Assembly: GCA_002269645.1 (NCBI GenBank)
Contig: NIVC01000135.1
Coordinates: forward strand, 124,001 to 188,000
Origin: Macrostomum lignano
Lineage: Eukaryota
Direction of reading: 5' to 3'
DNA: 64,000 nt
Shown: positions 1-11,603 of the stretch, piece by piece
Numbering within the stretch: the stretch's first letter is position 1
How the letters are laid out: the number at the start of each line of letters is the position of its first letter
Program-made: the position numbers and the translations under genes
Notes under the pieces: generated by a model
What the model saw: the letters and a program-made list of their open reading frames with translations, nothing else
Database searches by the model: none
What the model was told of the DNA's origin: nothing

Positions 1-2875
1 TCTACAGCCTGAATGCCTGAACCGATTTTCTTCAAACTTGCTTTATTCAATTGCAAATTCTTGTGAGATTGTGTGGTTGTAATTGCATTGAAAAATTCGA
101 ATGGGAAGATGATTAAAAATTCAAAAAACGAGTTTTCCCAATGCTTTTAATGGGAGGCTAGAAAAGTTCAAAATCTCACTAACTGAATTTCAATTCCAAT
201 TAAGATTGCGGCACAACTTTTCCCTCTTCATTGTGTAGTAGGCCTCAGTACTGGATGCAGTGTGCAAGGGAGAGAAAAATGCTCAGTGGCGGCGTGTGTA
301 CATTTTGCTCTGGCGGACTGCATAGACAATTGCTATTTAAAGATCTCACTTAATTGTGCATTGGCTCTGCCTGCATACAACATGTGCACACTGAACAGCC
401 TATCAATGCTATGTATTTGACTGCAGTGCCAAAGCATATATGGCTGAGTAGCTGCAGTGTAGGCACTAGGACTAGGTTTAGGCTAAGCGTAAGGTCCAGG
501 GTTCGACTCTGCCTCCTTGGTGGATGATCAAAATTAAATTTATTCATTTATAGCTTTCCCTCAACTAATTGGAATATTTTTGTTGAATTCGCAAGGCACA
601 CTTAATGAATAATTTTTGCCATATACAAAATTATTCAAATTCTCTAAGCAAATTTGATTTGTAAAAAAACTGCTTCGAGCATTACTTATCGCATCAATGG
701 GTATTGCCTACTAGCTCCAAGAAAGTATGAAATTGCTAAGCTGCTGAATTGGGTGAAAAATGAATTGGCTGAATTGGGAAAAAAACTGCCGATATGTATC
801 AAAAATTGATTAGTGAACTGTAATAAATGCTGGGAAAAAATTAAGATTCTTGAAAGGATCCTTTATTTCAGTTTGATAAGTATACTGAGGAGCCCGCCGA
901 GAGGAGAACTGCAGACTGCTGAGGGGAACTGCAGATTGGCGAAAGGATCATTCATGCAGACTGCAAAGGGGACAAACTGAAAACTGCTTAGGTAGTTCTT
1001 CCAGACTTATAAGGCTATAGCTGCAAACTGCTGAGGGGGACTGCTTCGAGGATTGGTAGACTTCTGAGCTGTTGTTTGCTGAGGGGACAGTTCTAGGCTG
1101 CTGAGGAGATAAATGCTTAATAATTGTTATAGACTGCAAGGGGATAACTCCAAGCTGCTAAGTTAATGACTGCAGTCTGTTTTGTAGGATTAGAAGGGAT
1201 AATTTCAGGTTGTTGTGGGGATATCTCAGGAATTGCTAAGATGTACTGGCTCTTTGGGGCAATTTCTGAGATTTTAAGGCCCTTGGAGCATTGCTGATAT
1301 GCCATGTCTTACTGGAAGAATTGCTTGAATTGAGGTTTCAAAGACTTATGAGGGGAAGTGTTGAGATTACAAAGCTGAAGGGGGGAAATGCTGCGATTGC
1401 TTTCTTTTGGGGATGCTTGCTATTTAGGAATTTAAAATGCGTATTTGTGCCAAGACTGCCGATATGTATCGAAAAGTAGTGAACCGATTAGATAATCGTA
1501 CTAAATTGTTAGCAAATTTTTTTTGTAGAAAATATCATTGCAGTTTGCTAAGCAGGAGACTGAGAAGCTGGCCAACAGGAGAACTGCAGATTGTCAAAAG
1601 GATCATTCATGCAGACTGCAAAGGGGACAAACTGCAAACTGCTAAGGTAGTTCCTCCAGACATTTCGATCATATCGTCTGAACGATCATATCATAGATGT
1701 AAAGATGTGAGATGTGCAGACGGAGTTCCTCCAGACCATATTCAGAAGCAATGATATGATCTTTGCTCCAGACTTATGAGCGTATGGCTGCAAACTGCTG
1801 AGGTGGTAATTGTGGACTACTGTGGACTGCTGAGTAAATTATTGTTTGCTGTTGGGACAACTCTAGGCCGCTAGAATGACTGCAGTCTGTTTTTTGGGAT
1901 TGGAAGGGATAATTTCAGGTTCTTGTGGAGACATCTCAGGAATTACTGAGATGTCAAGGCTTACTGGTTGAATTGCTGAGATGTCATGGCTGTTTGGGGT
2001 AATTTCTGAAAATTTCAAGGCTCATGGGAATTTCTGAGATGTCAAGGCTTACTAAGGAAATTCTTGAGATGTTAAGATGTCAAGGCTTATTGAGAGAATT
2101 ACTGAGATGTCAAGGCTTATTGGGGGAATTTCTGAATGGCAAGGCTTATTGGTAGAATTGCTGAGATTTGATGGCTTTTTGGGGTAATTTCTGAGACTTC
2201 AAGGCTCACGGAGAATTGCTCAGATGTCAAGGCTTACTGGGGGAATTACTGAGATTTCAAGGCTTACTGGAGGAATTTCCGAGATGTCAAGGCTTACTGG
2301 CCTAGGAGAATTGCGTAGATGTCAAGGCTCAAGTTTAATTGCTGATGTCGATGCTTACTGAGGGAATTTCTCAGATGTCAAGGCTCGTGGGGGATGGCTG
2401 AATTGTTGAGATATCAAGGCTCATTGGGGAGTGGCTGAATTTTTGGGGGAGGGGGTTAGTTGTTGAGCGATTGTCAGATCGTCAAGTAGTACGGCTCAAG
2501 TGGATCATTTAATTTGATGATGGAATAGTACACAAAAATAATGCCCATTTCTGCTAATAGGAAATAAAGAAAATCAGAGATTGGCATATTGAGCTCCTGC
2601 TGCAGACCAGAATATGCCCAAGCCAATGAAGATATGCACTAAGAGTTTGTGCTTAAAAGGATAAGCACTATTTGCTGATTGAAAAAGGGTTTTAGGCTGA
2701 TGAAGGAAATATTTTAGGCTGGTGAAAGTCTTGATTCATTGCAATTTATTTTTGCCAGTAAGCGAAAAAGTAACTTTTGATTAATGGAAATTGAAATTAA
2801 TGGTTATTCTTGGGTCAAAATAAAAACCACTTGGTGTCAATTTTAAGGCCCCCCAGCGGGGGGCTAAATGGCTAG
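1..2875 (+). mobile_element. Non-autonomous Helitron (5' end lies just outside the window)
   Basis: 3' hairpin GCCCCCC-AGC-GGGGGGC (2848-2864), then 7 nt and CTAG (2872-2875), followed by T. Bases ~7-50 match, reverse-complemented, the 5' region of the complete copy at 17413-18033. Bases ~2580-2680 match the 3' regions of the copies at 15232-15572 and 17413-18033. Confidence 0.8.
1930..2420 (+). repeat. Degenerate ~30-bp tandem repeat (GAGATGTCAAGGCTTACTGGGGGAATTGCT-like) inside the Helitron
   Basis: Recurrent gagatgtcaaggct(t/c)a..gg..gaatt units. The same unit occurs in the minus copy at ~17770-17850. Confidence 0.85.
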
Positions 2876-3349
2876 TCTATATACTAATTTTGCGCTGTAT
2901 TCGTGCGTGCGTGCGTGTAATTGATTTTTTCGAGAATGGCTCAACCGATTGTCTTCAAACTTGCACCATTCGATCAGAAATTTTCCTGGGATGGTGCATC
3001 ATGCATCTTGGCTAAGAAAGTGATCAATATTAAAGGGATTAAATATTCGAAAAACAGGATTTTCTGCAAAGGTCAAGCAGCTCTTTCGACCTGAAATGCA
3101 TTGTAAGAATGCTAGAGAAAAACCTGACTGACTGAATTTCAATTCTGATAAAGATTGCATCACAGCAAGTTGAAAACAGTGCCAAAGAAATGCACACACG
3201 ACTTGATTTAAATTGCGTAACCGTAATGCTAACTTAAATTGAGACTGATATTGGCTGACTGAGAAATTGATTATGTCATAACTTTTTACTCTAACCGATT
3301 TGCCATAAGAATTGAATTATAAGGGCCACAATTCATGTTCTCCAATCGA

Positions 3350-3420
3350 CAAGAGATAGCCTAGATGCGAACAGACTGGACTGCTAATTCAGCGACCTGG
3401 GTTCGAATCTTAGTAGTGCA
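3350..3420 (+). pseudogene. tRNA-derived fragment (tRNA-Ser(GCT)-like anticodon arm; possible SINE head)
   Basis: A-box-like TAGCCTAGATG, anticodon arm GGACTGCTAATTC, B-box GGTTCGAATC. No paired acceptor stem and no long variable arm. Confidence 0.5.
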
Positions 3421-3649
3421 AAATAATTTTTCATTAAAACATCTTAAAAAATAAATGTTAAACATAAAAGAAGCACAATGTCAAACAAAAATGGCACCAT
3501 TTCAAACATTAAAGGCCACCATGTCAAACATATATGTGACTCCATGTCTAACGTTAAAGAGCCACCATGTCAAACAATAAAGAGCCACCATGTCGAACAT
3601 AAAAGAGCCACCATGTCAAACACAAAACAGCTACCATGTCAAACATAAA

Positions 3650-4785
3650 TGGGGTGCCTACTATCTTGGAGTGCTTGCTATCTGGAGATGCGTGCTATCT
3701 GGGGGTGCTTGCTATCTAAGGGTGCTTGCTATTAGGTGGATGCTTGCTATTAGGTGGATGCTTGCTATCTAGGGTGCCTGCTATGTTGGAGTGCTTGCTA
3801 TCTGGAGATGCGTGCTATCTGGGGGTGCTTGCTATCTGGAGATGCGTGCTATCTGGGGGTGCTTGCTATCTGGGGGTGCTTGCTATTAGGTGGATGCTCG
3901 CTATCTGGGGGTGCTTGCTATTAGGTGGATGCTTGCTATCTGGAGATGCGTGCTATCTTGGAGTGATTGCTATCTGGGGGTGCTTGCTATCTGGGGGTGC
4001 TTGCTATCTAAGGGTGCTTGCTATCTAAGGGTGCTTGCTATTAGGTGGAAGCTTGCTATCTTGGGGTGCTTGCTATTAGGTGGATGCTTGCTATCTGGGG
4101 TGCCTGCTATGTTGGAGTGCTTGCTATCTTGAGATGCGTGCTATCTGGGGGTGCTTGCTATCTCGGGGGGATGCTTGCTATCTTGGGGGTTCTAGCTATC
4201 TGGGGGTGCTTGCTATTAGGTGGATGCTTGCTATCTGGGGTGCCTGCTATCTTGGAGTGCTTGCTATCTGAAGATGCGTGCTATCTGGGGGTGCTTGCTA
4301 TCTGGGGGTGCTTGCTATCTGGGGGTGCTTGCTATCTAAGGGTGCTTGCTATTAGGTGGATGCTTGCTATCTGGGGTGCCTGCTATCTGGGGGTGCTTGC
4401 TACCTGGGGATGCTTGCTATCTAAGGGTGCTTGCTATCTTGGGGTGCTTGCTTTCTAAGGGTGCTTGCTATTAAGTGGATGCTTGTTATCTTGGGGTGCT
4501 TGCTATTAGGTGGATGCTTGCTATCTGGGGTGCCTGCTATCTGGGGGGTGCTTGCTATCTGGAGATGCTTGCTATCTAAGGGTGCTTGCTATTAGGTGGA
4601 TGCTTGCTATCTTGGGGTGCTTGCTTTCTAAGGGTGCTTGCTATTAAGTGGATGCTTGTTATCTTGGGGTGCTTGCTATTAGGTGGATGCTTGCTATCTG
4701 GGGTGCCTGCTATCTGGGGGTGCTTGCTATCTGGAGATGCTTGCTATCTGGGGGTGCTTGCTATCTGGGGGGTTGCTTGCTGTCC
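3650..4785 (+). repeat. Variable-length minisatellite (GGGGTGCTTGCTATCT core, ~16-20 bp units)
   Basis: Dozens of gcttgctat units. All ORFs here are repeat artefacts. Confidence 0.95.
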
Positions 4786-4959
4786 TGGGATGTTTTCTTT
4801 TTGCATTGCACTTCATTTGAGCAGTTTTTCTATTGTCTATGTGAAGGCTTTATTTGGCCGTCTTTTTGATACTTGTAGAGAGCCAGAGATTCTATCTAGA
4901 TGCCCCCCATCGGGGGGCGAAGATTGCTAGTGTTTTCTAAAACAAAACGCTTTCCGCAG

Positions 4960-5225
4960 GGGAATGGGGTAGAGTGAGGTGAGGGAGTGGGGTAAAGTGA
5001 GGAGAAGGAGTGGGGTAGAGTGAGAAGAGGGAGTGGGTAGAGTGAGGAGAGGGGTGGGGTAGAGTGAGGAGAGGGAGTGGGGTAGAGTGAGAAGAGGGAG
5101 TGGGGTAGAGTGAGGAGAGGGAGTGGGTAGAGTAAGAAGAGGGAGTGGGGTAGAGTGAGGAGAGGGAGTGGGGTAGAGTGAGGAGAGGGAGTGGGGTAGA
5201 GTGAGGATAGGGAGTGGGGTAGAGT
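4960..5225 (+). repeat. G/A-rich ~22-23-bp minisatellite (GGGGTAGAGTGAGGAGAGGGAGT)
   Basis: About 11 visible tandem units. Confidence 0.9.
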
Positions 5226-5475
5226 TTGCAAACAATATTCCTAACAAAAAACATAACGATCCTACCTACATCGCCGAAGAGGTTTACATTATGCTGGTCT
5301 GGACCCCTTCTCTTCGGTGGAAAAAATCAGAAGTAAAAATGCATTTACACACGGGATTTAAAAGAAAGGGCAATCTAACAAACAGTCGGAATCATGTAAA
5401 TAAATTAAACTAAAAAGTCAGGCTCATCTGGATGGAATGGTAAGAGATGAGCTCTCCCAGCGAAACAAGTCCACG

Positions 5476-5847
5476 TGTCACGACTCACCAGCCCTCCCCC
5501 ATTGTGAAACTTAAAATAAAAACGCAGTAAATCAAGGCTGGTCAAGACTTGAGTTATTTAAATCAACACAGAAGAGCCAAAACTTTGCCATATATTTGTC
5601 CTTCTACAGTTGCCAACAAACCCTCCTCCTTTCTCATCCGGGTTTTTGTAAAGACTTCACTTTAAGTGGATGAACGACCCTTTGCGAGAACACGCTAAAC
5701 GACACAATATACATTTTCAGTCGATGCCGAAGTGTGCACGTAACGATTGTGCAATGGATTAGGGGACTGCAAGTCAACGCAAGTTGCAAAGTGATAGAAG
5801 CGCACCCATGACAAGTCAGTTGAGGGGGGGGAAACTAAGCCATAACA
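5476..5847. mobile_element. Possible solo LTR
   Basis: 372-bp segment with TG...CA ends and imperfect terminal inverted repeats (TGTCACG / CATAACA). No clean TSD (flanks ccacg / cgagg). Confidence 0.25.
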
Positions 5848-6125
5848 CGAGGTGCATAGAGTACATTACACACGCAACCCCACCCGCAGCGCACAAGCCA
5901 AGTCACCACAATTTTTACCTCTTATTTCACAGTATATGAATTCACTATCAATGAAAAGGAACGGAAGAGGTAATCGTCAAGAAGAAACTAACCTCTATCG
6001 CTGTACTATAGAGTGTCGTAGTCGTATCCAAATCCGAGTCCAAATCCTCATCGGCCATACTAAATCTGAAGAGATAAGTGAGATAAATTCCCGTATTCAT
6101 CGATACATCGGTCATCGCGAAATCG

Positions 6126-6257
6126 ACCCTCCCTCCTACCCTCCACCCCTCCCTCCTACCCTCCACCCCTCCCTCTTACCCTCCACCCCTCCCTCCTACC
6201 CTCCACCCCTCTCTCCTTCCCTCCACCCCTCTCTCCTTCCCTCCACCCCTCCCTCCT
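6126..6257 (+). repeat. C/T-rich low-complexity repeat (CCCTCCCTCCTACCCTCCACC-type)
   Basis: Directly visible. It sits where the minus-strand paralog exon stops matching its partner, after ...NDRPD. Confidence 0.85.
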
Positions 6258-6269
6258 TCCGGACGGTCC

Positions 6270-6861
6270 GGACGGTCATTGAGTTTTAAGTTTCGGTACG
6301 TCCGCTCAAGTACCTCTTACAACTGCCTGTCATAGGCCTTGGCTGTAAACCCATGGATGTATAGGGCATAGGGCAAGTGCCATTTTCCTAGCGCACGGTG
6401 TATGTTCTTGAGCCCTTTCGGAGTCTATTAACTTTCAGGCGGTGCATCGTTGCGAAGCTGGGACACAATCTTTTTGGATCAACCCGCGGCCGCCTCTACT
6501 CCACCCATTCGGCGTGAAATTGGGTGGTCGGGCAGGCAGTGACGTGAGGTGCGCCCCCGCAGGTAGGGCCCGAACTTTATAGAGATGTCGGGGCCCTGGA
6601 CGACAACGTCTACCTTAGTAATGTATTTTCGTTTGGCATAGGGCTTGCACTTTTGTTTGACCTCTAATTCAGCCTCCTCCTCTTCCGAATCACTCCCGCT
6701 GGCCTCTTCTGAATCCGCGTCTGCCTGCTCTTCGGAGGCCTGGTTGTCCGTTTCGGGTTCGTAGTCCGCATCAAGATCCACATCGTCCATTTCGTGGTCC
6801 TCCGACGAATCAGAGTCAGGAGGTACAACAGCCTTGCGCTTGGGTGCCTGCAATGAATTGG
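6270..6861 (-). pseudogene. Exon of an unknown protein (acidic tract plus conserved domain), paralog of 12000-12599
   Basis: Acceptor ...ttcattgcag|GCACCCAAG. Reads APKRKAVVPPDSDSS...DLDADYEP...KRKYITKVDVVVQGP, closely matching RKPVVPPESSDSS...DLDADYEP...KRQYLTKKDIVLQGP at 12.4-12.6 kb. DNA similarity continues to ...ERTYRNLKLNDRPD. Frameshifted relative to the paralog. Confidence 0.7.
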
Positions 6862-6952
6862 AAGGAAGAAAAAAGTCTATATATGAATGTAGTGGACTAA
6901 CAGGGCTTACTAGGGTCAATAAAGTGAGCAGAACAATCTACTTATGCCCATG

Positions 6953-7370
6953 TTAAACCATAAGTTGCAGCATCTTGTGAAGCCGGGCCAGCTTATACCG
7001 GCCTTCTTCAGTGTTTGGGTAAAGGGCCTCAAAAGCCGTTTTGAAGGCCTCATTACCGGACAGCAACGTGGAGAGCACGGGCGTGTAAACACTGAGGCAC
7101 GTAGGCACTAATTTAATCAATTTCCAGCATTTATCCACAAAATAATTGTGTGTTGTGCCTACTATTTCAAAGATTGAAGTTTCGGTACGTGCGCTCATTT
7201 ATCGGGATGTCTGGATTGCTGCGTTGATTTCTGTCAGAATTGCTGCGTGGATTGCTGTCTCTGCATTGTTGCGTTGAAGTTTGCCTTAGTTGCTGCTGGG
7301 TATATTACTGCCTGGATTGCTGTCTAATTGCTGCGTCAATCCGTGCCTCAATTGCTTCTTTATTAATCTA
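6953..7370 (-). pseudogene. Degenerate coding-like segment upstream of the paralog exon
   Basis: Contains an ERTYRNFNL motif also seen in the two paralogs, plus the 81-aa ORF 6953-7198. Stops and frameshifts are present. Confidence 0.3.
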
Positions 7371-7515
7371 ATACACTGACCAAAACGGGCTCTCTAAATC
7401 TTATACTTATACCAGTAAAAACGAAAATCGAAAACGAAAAATTTAAGAGGTCAATTTTCCAAGGAATTTAGAGGGTCAAAATTTCCAAGAAAAATCAGTC
7501 TAGATTTTTCATTAT

Positions 7516-8050
7516 CCGGACTCAGTAGCTGGGGCTGATGGCTGCCGGACTCAGTAGCTGGGGCTGATGGCTGCCGGACTCAGTAGCTGGGGCTGATGGC
7601 TGCCGGACTCAGTAGCTGGGGCTGATGGCTGCCGGACTCAGTAGCTGGGGCTGATGGCTGCCGGACTCAGTAGCTGGGGCTGATGGCTGCCGGACTCAGT
7701 AGCTGGGGCTGATGGCTGCCGGACTCAGTAGCTGGGGCTGATGGCTGCCGGACTCAGTAGCTGGGGCTGATGGCTGCCGGACTCAGTAGCTGGGGCTGAT
7801 GACTGCCGGATTCAGTAGCTGGGGCTGATGGCTGCCGGACTCAGTAGCTGAGGCTGATGGCTGCCGGACTCAGTAGCTGGGGCTGATGGCTGCCGGACTC
7901 AGTAGCTGGGGCTGATGGCTGCCGGACTCAGTAGCTGGGGCTGATGACTGCCGGATTCAGTAGCTGGGGCTGATGGCTGCCGGACTCAGTAGCTGAGGCT
8001 GATGGCTGCCGGACTCAGTAGCTGGGGCTGATGGCTGCCGGACTCAGTAG
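7516..8050 (+). repeat. 29-bp minisatellite CCGGACTCAGTAGCTGGGGCTGATGGCTG, ~18 copies
   Basis: Near-perfect period 29 (7516, 7545, ...). Confidence 0.97.
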
Positions 8051-9797
8051 ATAGTGATCGTTTTTCTAGTGTTCAATTGTAACAATGAAATAGTATTTTA
8101 TATTAGCACATATAATGTTTCCTGGCCAAATACTACCTTTATAATAAGAGTTGCGTTCCTCGGGATTTATTCAACATAGTGTTAAAGATGACATAGAATT
8201 GAACCTGTGTTGAAACGAAAAACGAAAATTAATTAATGACCCAGTCTTGGAACTTTTGTTCTACACTATTTCAAACCTTTAAAACCCCTCTATAGTTATC
8301 CATGAATAACAATTGTTGATTTTATTCACGAAATCGAAATCTGAATGCGTTTTCCTTAAGTCATGGCGATTTGATTTACACATGTGCATTTTGGAAAGTT
8401 AAAGCTCAGATTTTGGTGAGCCTAAAAAATTAAAAATTGTACTTCTGCCGCGAGACCGCTCTGAACGACTGGAAATGAAGTGAATAAGCACTGTACGAAG
8501 TACCGCAGTTGAACTCATTATATTAAGGCTAAAAATGGGATTCTTCAAATTTCACCGTCACACATAATTGACCGGCATAAATAAGGGGTCAATCTTTGAC
8601 CCGGTGAATTCTCGAAGTTGAAGCCATTGTAGTAATGCAGAAAATGGGCTGTTCGGATTTGACCCCGTCGCAAAATTAACTGGCATAATTAATGCGCGAA
8701 ATATTGAAACAGTAAAATGTGCTTTATATTTCATAATATTTCACAGTTTGAGAAGGATTCAATTCCCAGAATGTTTAGTGTATATACAGTTAAAATAACA
8801 AACGAACATGAAGCTTTTCCAAATGAGTTTATGGTTTTGATTGAAATTAATAGACTTAATTGTTATTCTGCTTTTTTATTGACGGTGCGAATTAAGGGAA
8901 AGACTGGTAAATAAAGGAAAATAAGAAAATAGCTAAAGCAAAGCAAATTCACTGTATGAACTGTATTAACAAATTCAGCATTGTACCTTTATTTTTGCCT
9001 CTCTACTCGTGTAATTTGGCCCCTTTTGTGCCTTTTAGTATAAGCATTGCTGCTTTTTAATCTCCCGTCAATAGCCTAATTATTGTCCCCGTTAATAGCT
9101 AATTTGTGCCTCCCAGACAGGTATAACAGTGCCTTTCCGCATTTCCCTGCCAGATTTGTTAATTTTTCATGCGAATTAAAATGTCACATTATTAATAAAG
9201 AGAACGAATTCGATACAAGTAAAACGTTTGTAAAGCAGCACAAAATAAGCAAAAGGAAAAACTATCTCATGTACAATTGCATGCTAGTCCCTCTAAGAGA
9301 AGTATTATTATACTTGTGTAGCTAAAACTTCATAATATTGTTATTATATTGTTTTTAGGCCCCTTTTGTGCCCTTTTGGAATAAGCATTGCTGCTGTTTA
9401 ATCTCCCGTTATTAGCCCAATTCGGCCCCCGTTAATAAATAATTTCTGCTTCCCAACCAGATTTCTGCCTCCCCATTTCTCTGCCAGAGTGTCATAATTA
9501 AACTAATTGAGTTCGCAAAGCACACGCGTAAAAGTTTAGCGCAAATGAAAATCAGAAGACTAAGCAAAGCACAAAGAAAAAGCAAACAAATTAAATTTTA
9601 TTTTAAAACCGATATCAGGTCTCTATACTGGTTTTTGTAGATTCGTAGCTAACGGCGACTGCGTGTCCTCTTTTTATTGGGAGCTCGTGCGTCCGGATTT
9701 GTACTCTGGAAGTATTTTGTTATTATACGGTTTATAATTCGAAAGTCGATTTATACTTTTCTACATTTCTATTGTTAGAGCATTTTTACACACTTAC

Positions 9798-11284
9798 AGC
9801 TTTTGGACCGCTCTGGGTCTGTCCGCTGCCGCTTAGCGACTCGCGTAAGGCGCGGGCTGGCACTATTGTCCGGAGAACTACGGGACGCGGAGGCGGACGC
9901 GGAGGCGGACGCGGAGGCCGACTGTGTCGACGCAGTGCTGCATAGAGAAATAAAGAACTGACTGTGAAAAAATTCACCGTGTCTGAAAAAGGTCTGTATG
10001 AAGGTCAAATATGTGGTAGGAAAATTTTACCTTTCCGTGCCCGTGGGTTCGTCGGCAGCAGTAGTCCCCCTTTTGGCTCGTGAGGGCCTTTTGCCTTTGC
10101 CGGAGGCGGGGGCGAATGCGGCAGCTGTCGCACTGTTGACTGGAGAAATATAGAAGTAAGTGTGAAATTAATTGACAGTATTCAAAAATATCTGTATGAT
10201 GCTCAAATATGCGATAGGATAATCTTACCTTTCCCTGCTTGTGGACTGCTTGGTGGCAGCGCTCTCCTTACCAGGTGCGCGCTTTTTGCCTCTGCCTGAG
10301 GCGGGAGCGGATTCGTCTGAGGCGGGGCGGATTCGCCGGCCGTCGCACTGTTAAATGGAGAAAAATAGAGGCAAGTGTCGAAATAATTGACAGTATCTAA
10401 CAATGTCTGTATGATGGTCAAGTATGTGGTAGGAAAATTTTACCTTTCCGTTCTGGTGAGCGCTCGCGCGTCGGCAGCGGCAGTGTCCCTGTCTGCAATT
10501 CCTGGCGCACTGTTGGATGGAGAAATATAGAAAGAAGCATGAAAACAATTGACCTAGTGTAAAGGTGTCTCAATGATGGTGAGTTTTGTCGTGCGAAGAA
10601 TTTACCTCTGTCTGGCTGAGGGCACTAGGGCGTTGGCGGCAGTCTTTGAGATCGTGGAGGGCTCCGTCGGCGCTTGGGCGTCGGCGACGGACTTGGCGAT
10701 TGTTGACGGCTGGGCGTCAGAACTAGTGGTTGGAAGGAGATAGATATGATGGCGTAAAGCATTGATCAGGCTATAGGATACCTGTATGTGGGTTAATTAA
10801 TTAATAAGTAGCATTTTAACTGCTCGCAGCCGAAGCATTGCGCCTCTGCGACTGAGGAGAAGTCTCTTTTTGCTTCCTTGCCCGGCGCTGTGCTGTCACA
10901 GTGTCGTCAATCTAAATAATTGGCGAATAATTTTGGTGCATTTTCAGCTGGCGATACAGAATAGGTTCTTTGAACCTATTTAGTCCTTATCTAAATTCAA
11001 TTTATGATGAATGGCTTGGAGAATACGAAGAAGGATTAAAAACTCGAGTTCAATAAACATTTACGCTTGGAGTCAATGAAGTATGCTGTAATATAACACT
11101 TACCCATTGGACCTGCAGATTTTCCTTTATCACCTCGGCCTTTAACTGTCTTGCAAACAGCGTCTCGTGGGTCCTTAATTGGCTTGGGCTCGGCTCATCG
11201 GGCATTGGAACGGGCTTCTTCTTGCAGACGCACCGTCTTCTTTTTAGGTTCATTTTTTCTAAGGCTGCACAGGTCGAAGGAGCG
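9798..11284 (-). CDS. Multi-exon Ser/Ala/Arg-rich low-complexity C-terminal region of an unknown gene (probably decayed)
   Basis: GT-AG-bounded exons at 11104-11284, ~10820-10910 (weak donor), 10606-10722, 10444-10509, 10229-10347, 10031-10132 and 9798-9937. Most exons are open and in matching phase 2; 10229-10347 is shifted by a 20-bp duplication. Confidence 0.6.
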
Positions 11285-11603
11285 CTGCAGAAAAAGCAAA
11301 AAATGACAGATTTAGTTTTGATATACTCGTACATGTCAATACGACGCTTGTAACATTTTATGTACGTAAACTTTTAGCGGGGTACGTACACGTGCGTACA
11401 TTTGGATACCCAGTATACTGGATATGGAGTAGTGCCATTGAATTCAAAGAAAAGGTTCAAATTTGGATTGTGATAATTTTAAAACTTTAAACAGATTTTC
11501 TTAAATGCGGCAACAATGAGAATTGCGCTTTTAGTGCCGCGAAATTAACATCATTAGTTTACAGTTCCCATGGTAAAATTTTTCTGTGTAAGTCAGAAAG
11601 TGA

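Larger units (their letters stand above)
2876..4930 (+). mobile_element. Complete non-autonomous Helitron, 2055 bp
   Basis: Starts TCTATATACTAA followed by a (GTGC)n run and the AACCGATT..CAAACTT 5' motif. Ends with hairpin GCCCCCC-ATC-GGGGGGC (4902-4918), 8 nt, then CTAG (4927-4930) followed by T. Confidence 0.8.

Noticed and set aside
460-515. GGTTCGACTC B-box-like motif
   Set aside because: No convincing A-box or cloverleaf.
3590-5254. Numerous 60-137 aa ORFs (GCLLSGGACYL..., PLLTLPHS...)
   Set aside because: They are translations of minisatellites, not genes.
5260-5300. Possible decayed Helitron 3' end (CCT..TCGCCGAAGAGG...CTGG|T)
   Set aside because: The hairpin is too degenerate and there is no matching TC 5' end.
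7516-8050. Regular 29-bp repeats suggestive of a CRISPR array (also 38777-39075, 54177-55655, 57647-59526)
   Set aside because: There are no unique spacers, the units are contiguous, and the context is eukaryotic.
8586-8602. GGGTCAA-TCT-TTGACCC hairpin reminiscent of piggyBac-type subterminal motifs
   Set aside because: No TIR pair or TTAA TSD found.
9010-9500. ~130-bp direct repeat pair (~9015-9150 and ~9358-9490)
   Set aside because: Real but ordinary local duplication with no further structure.
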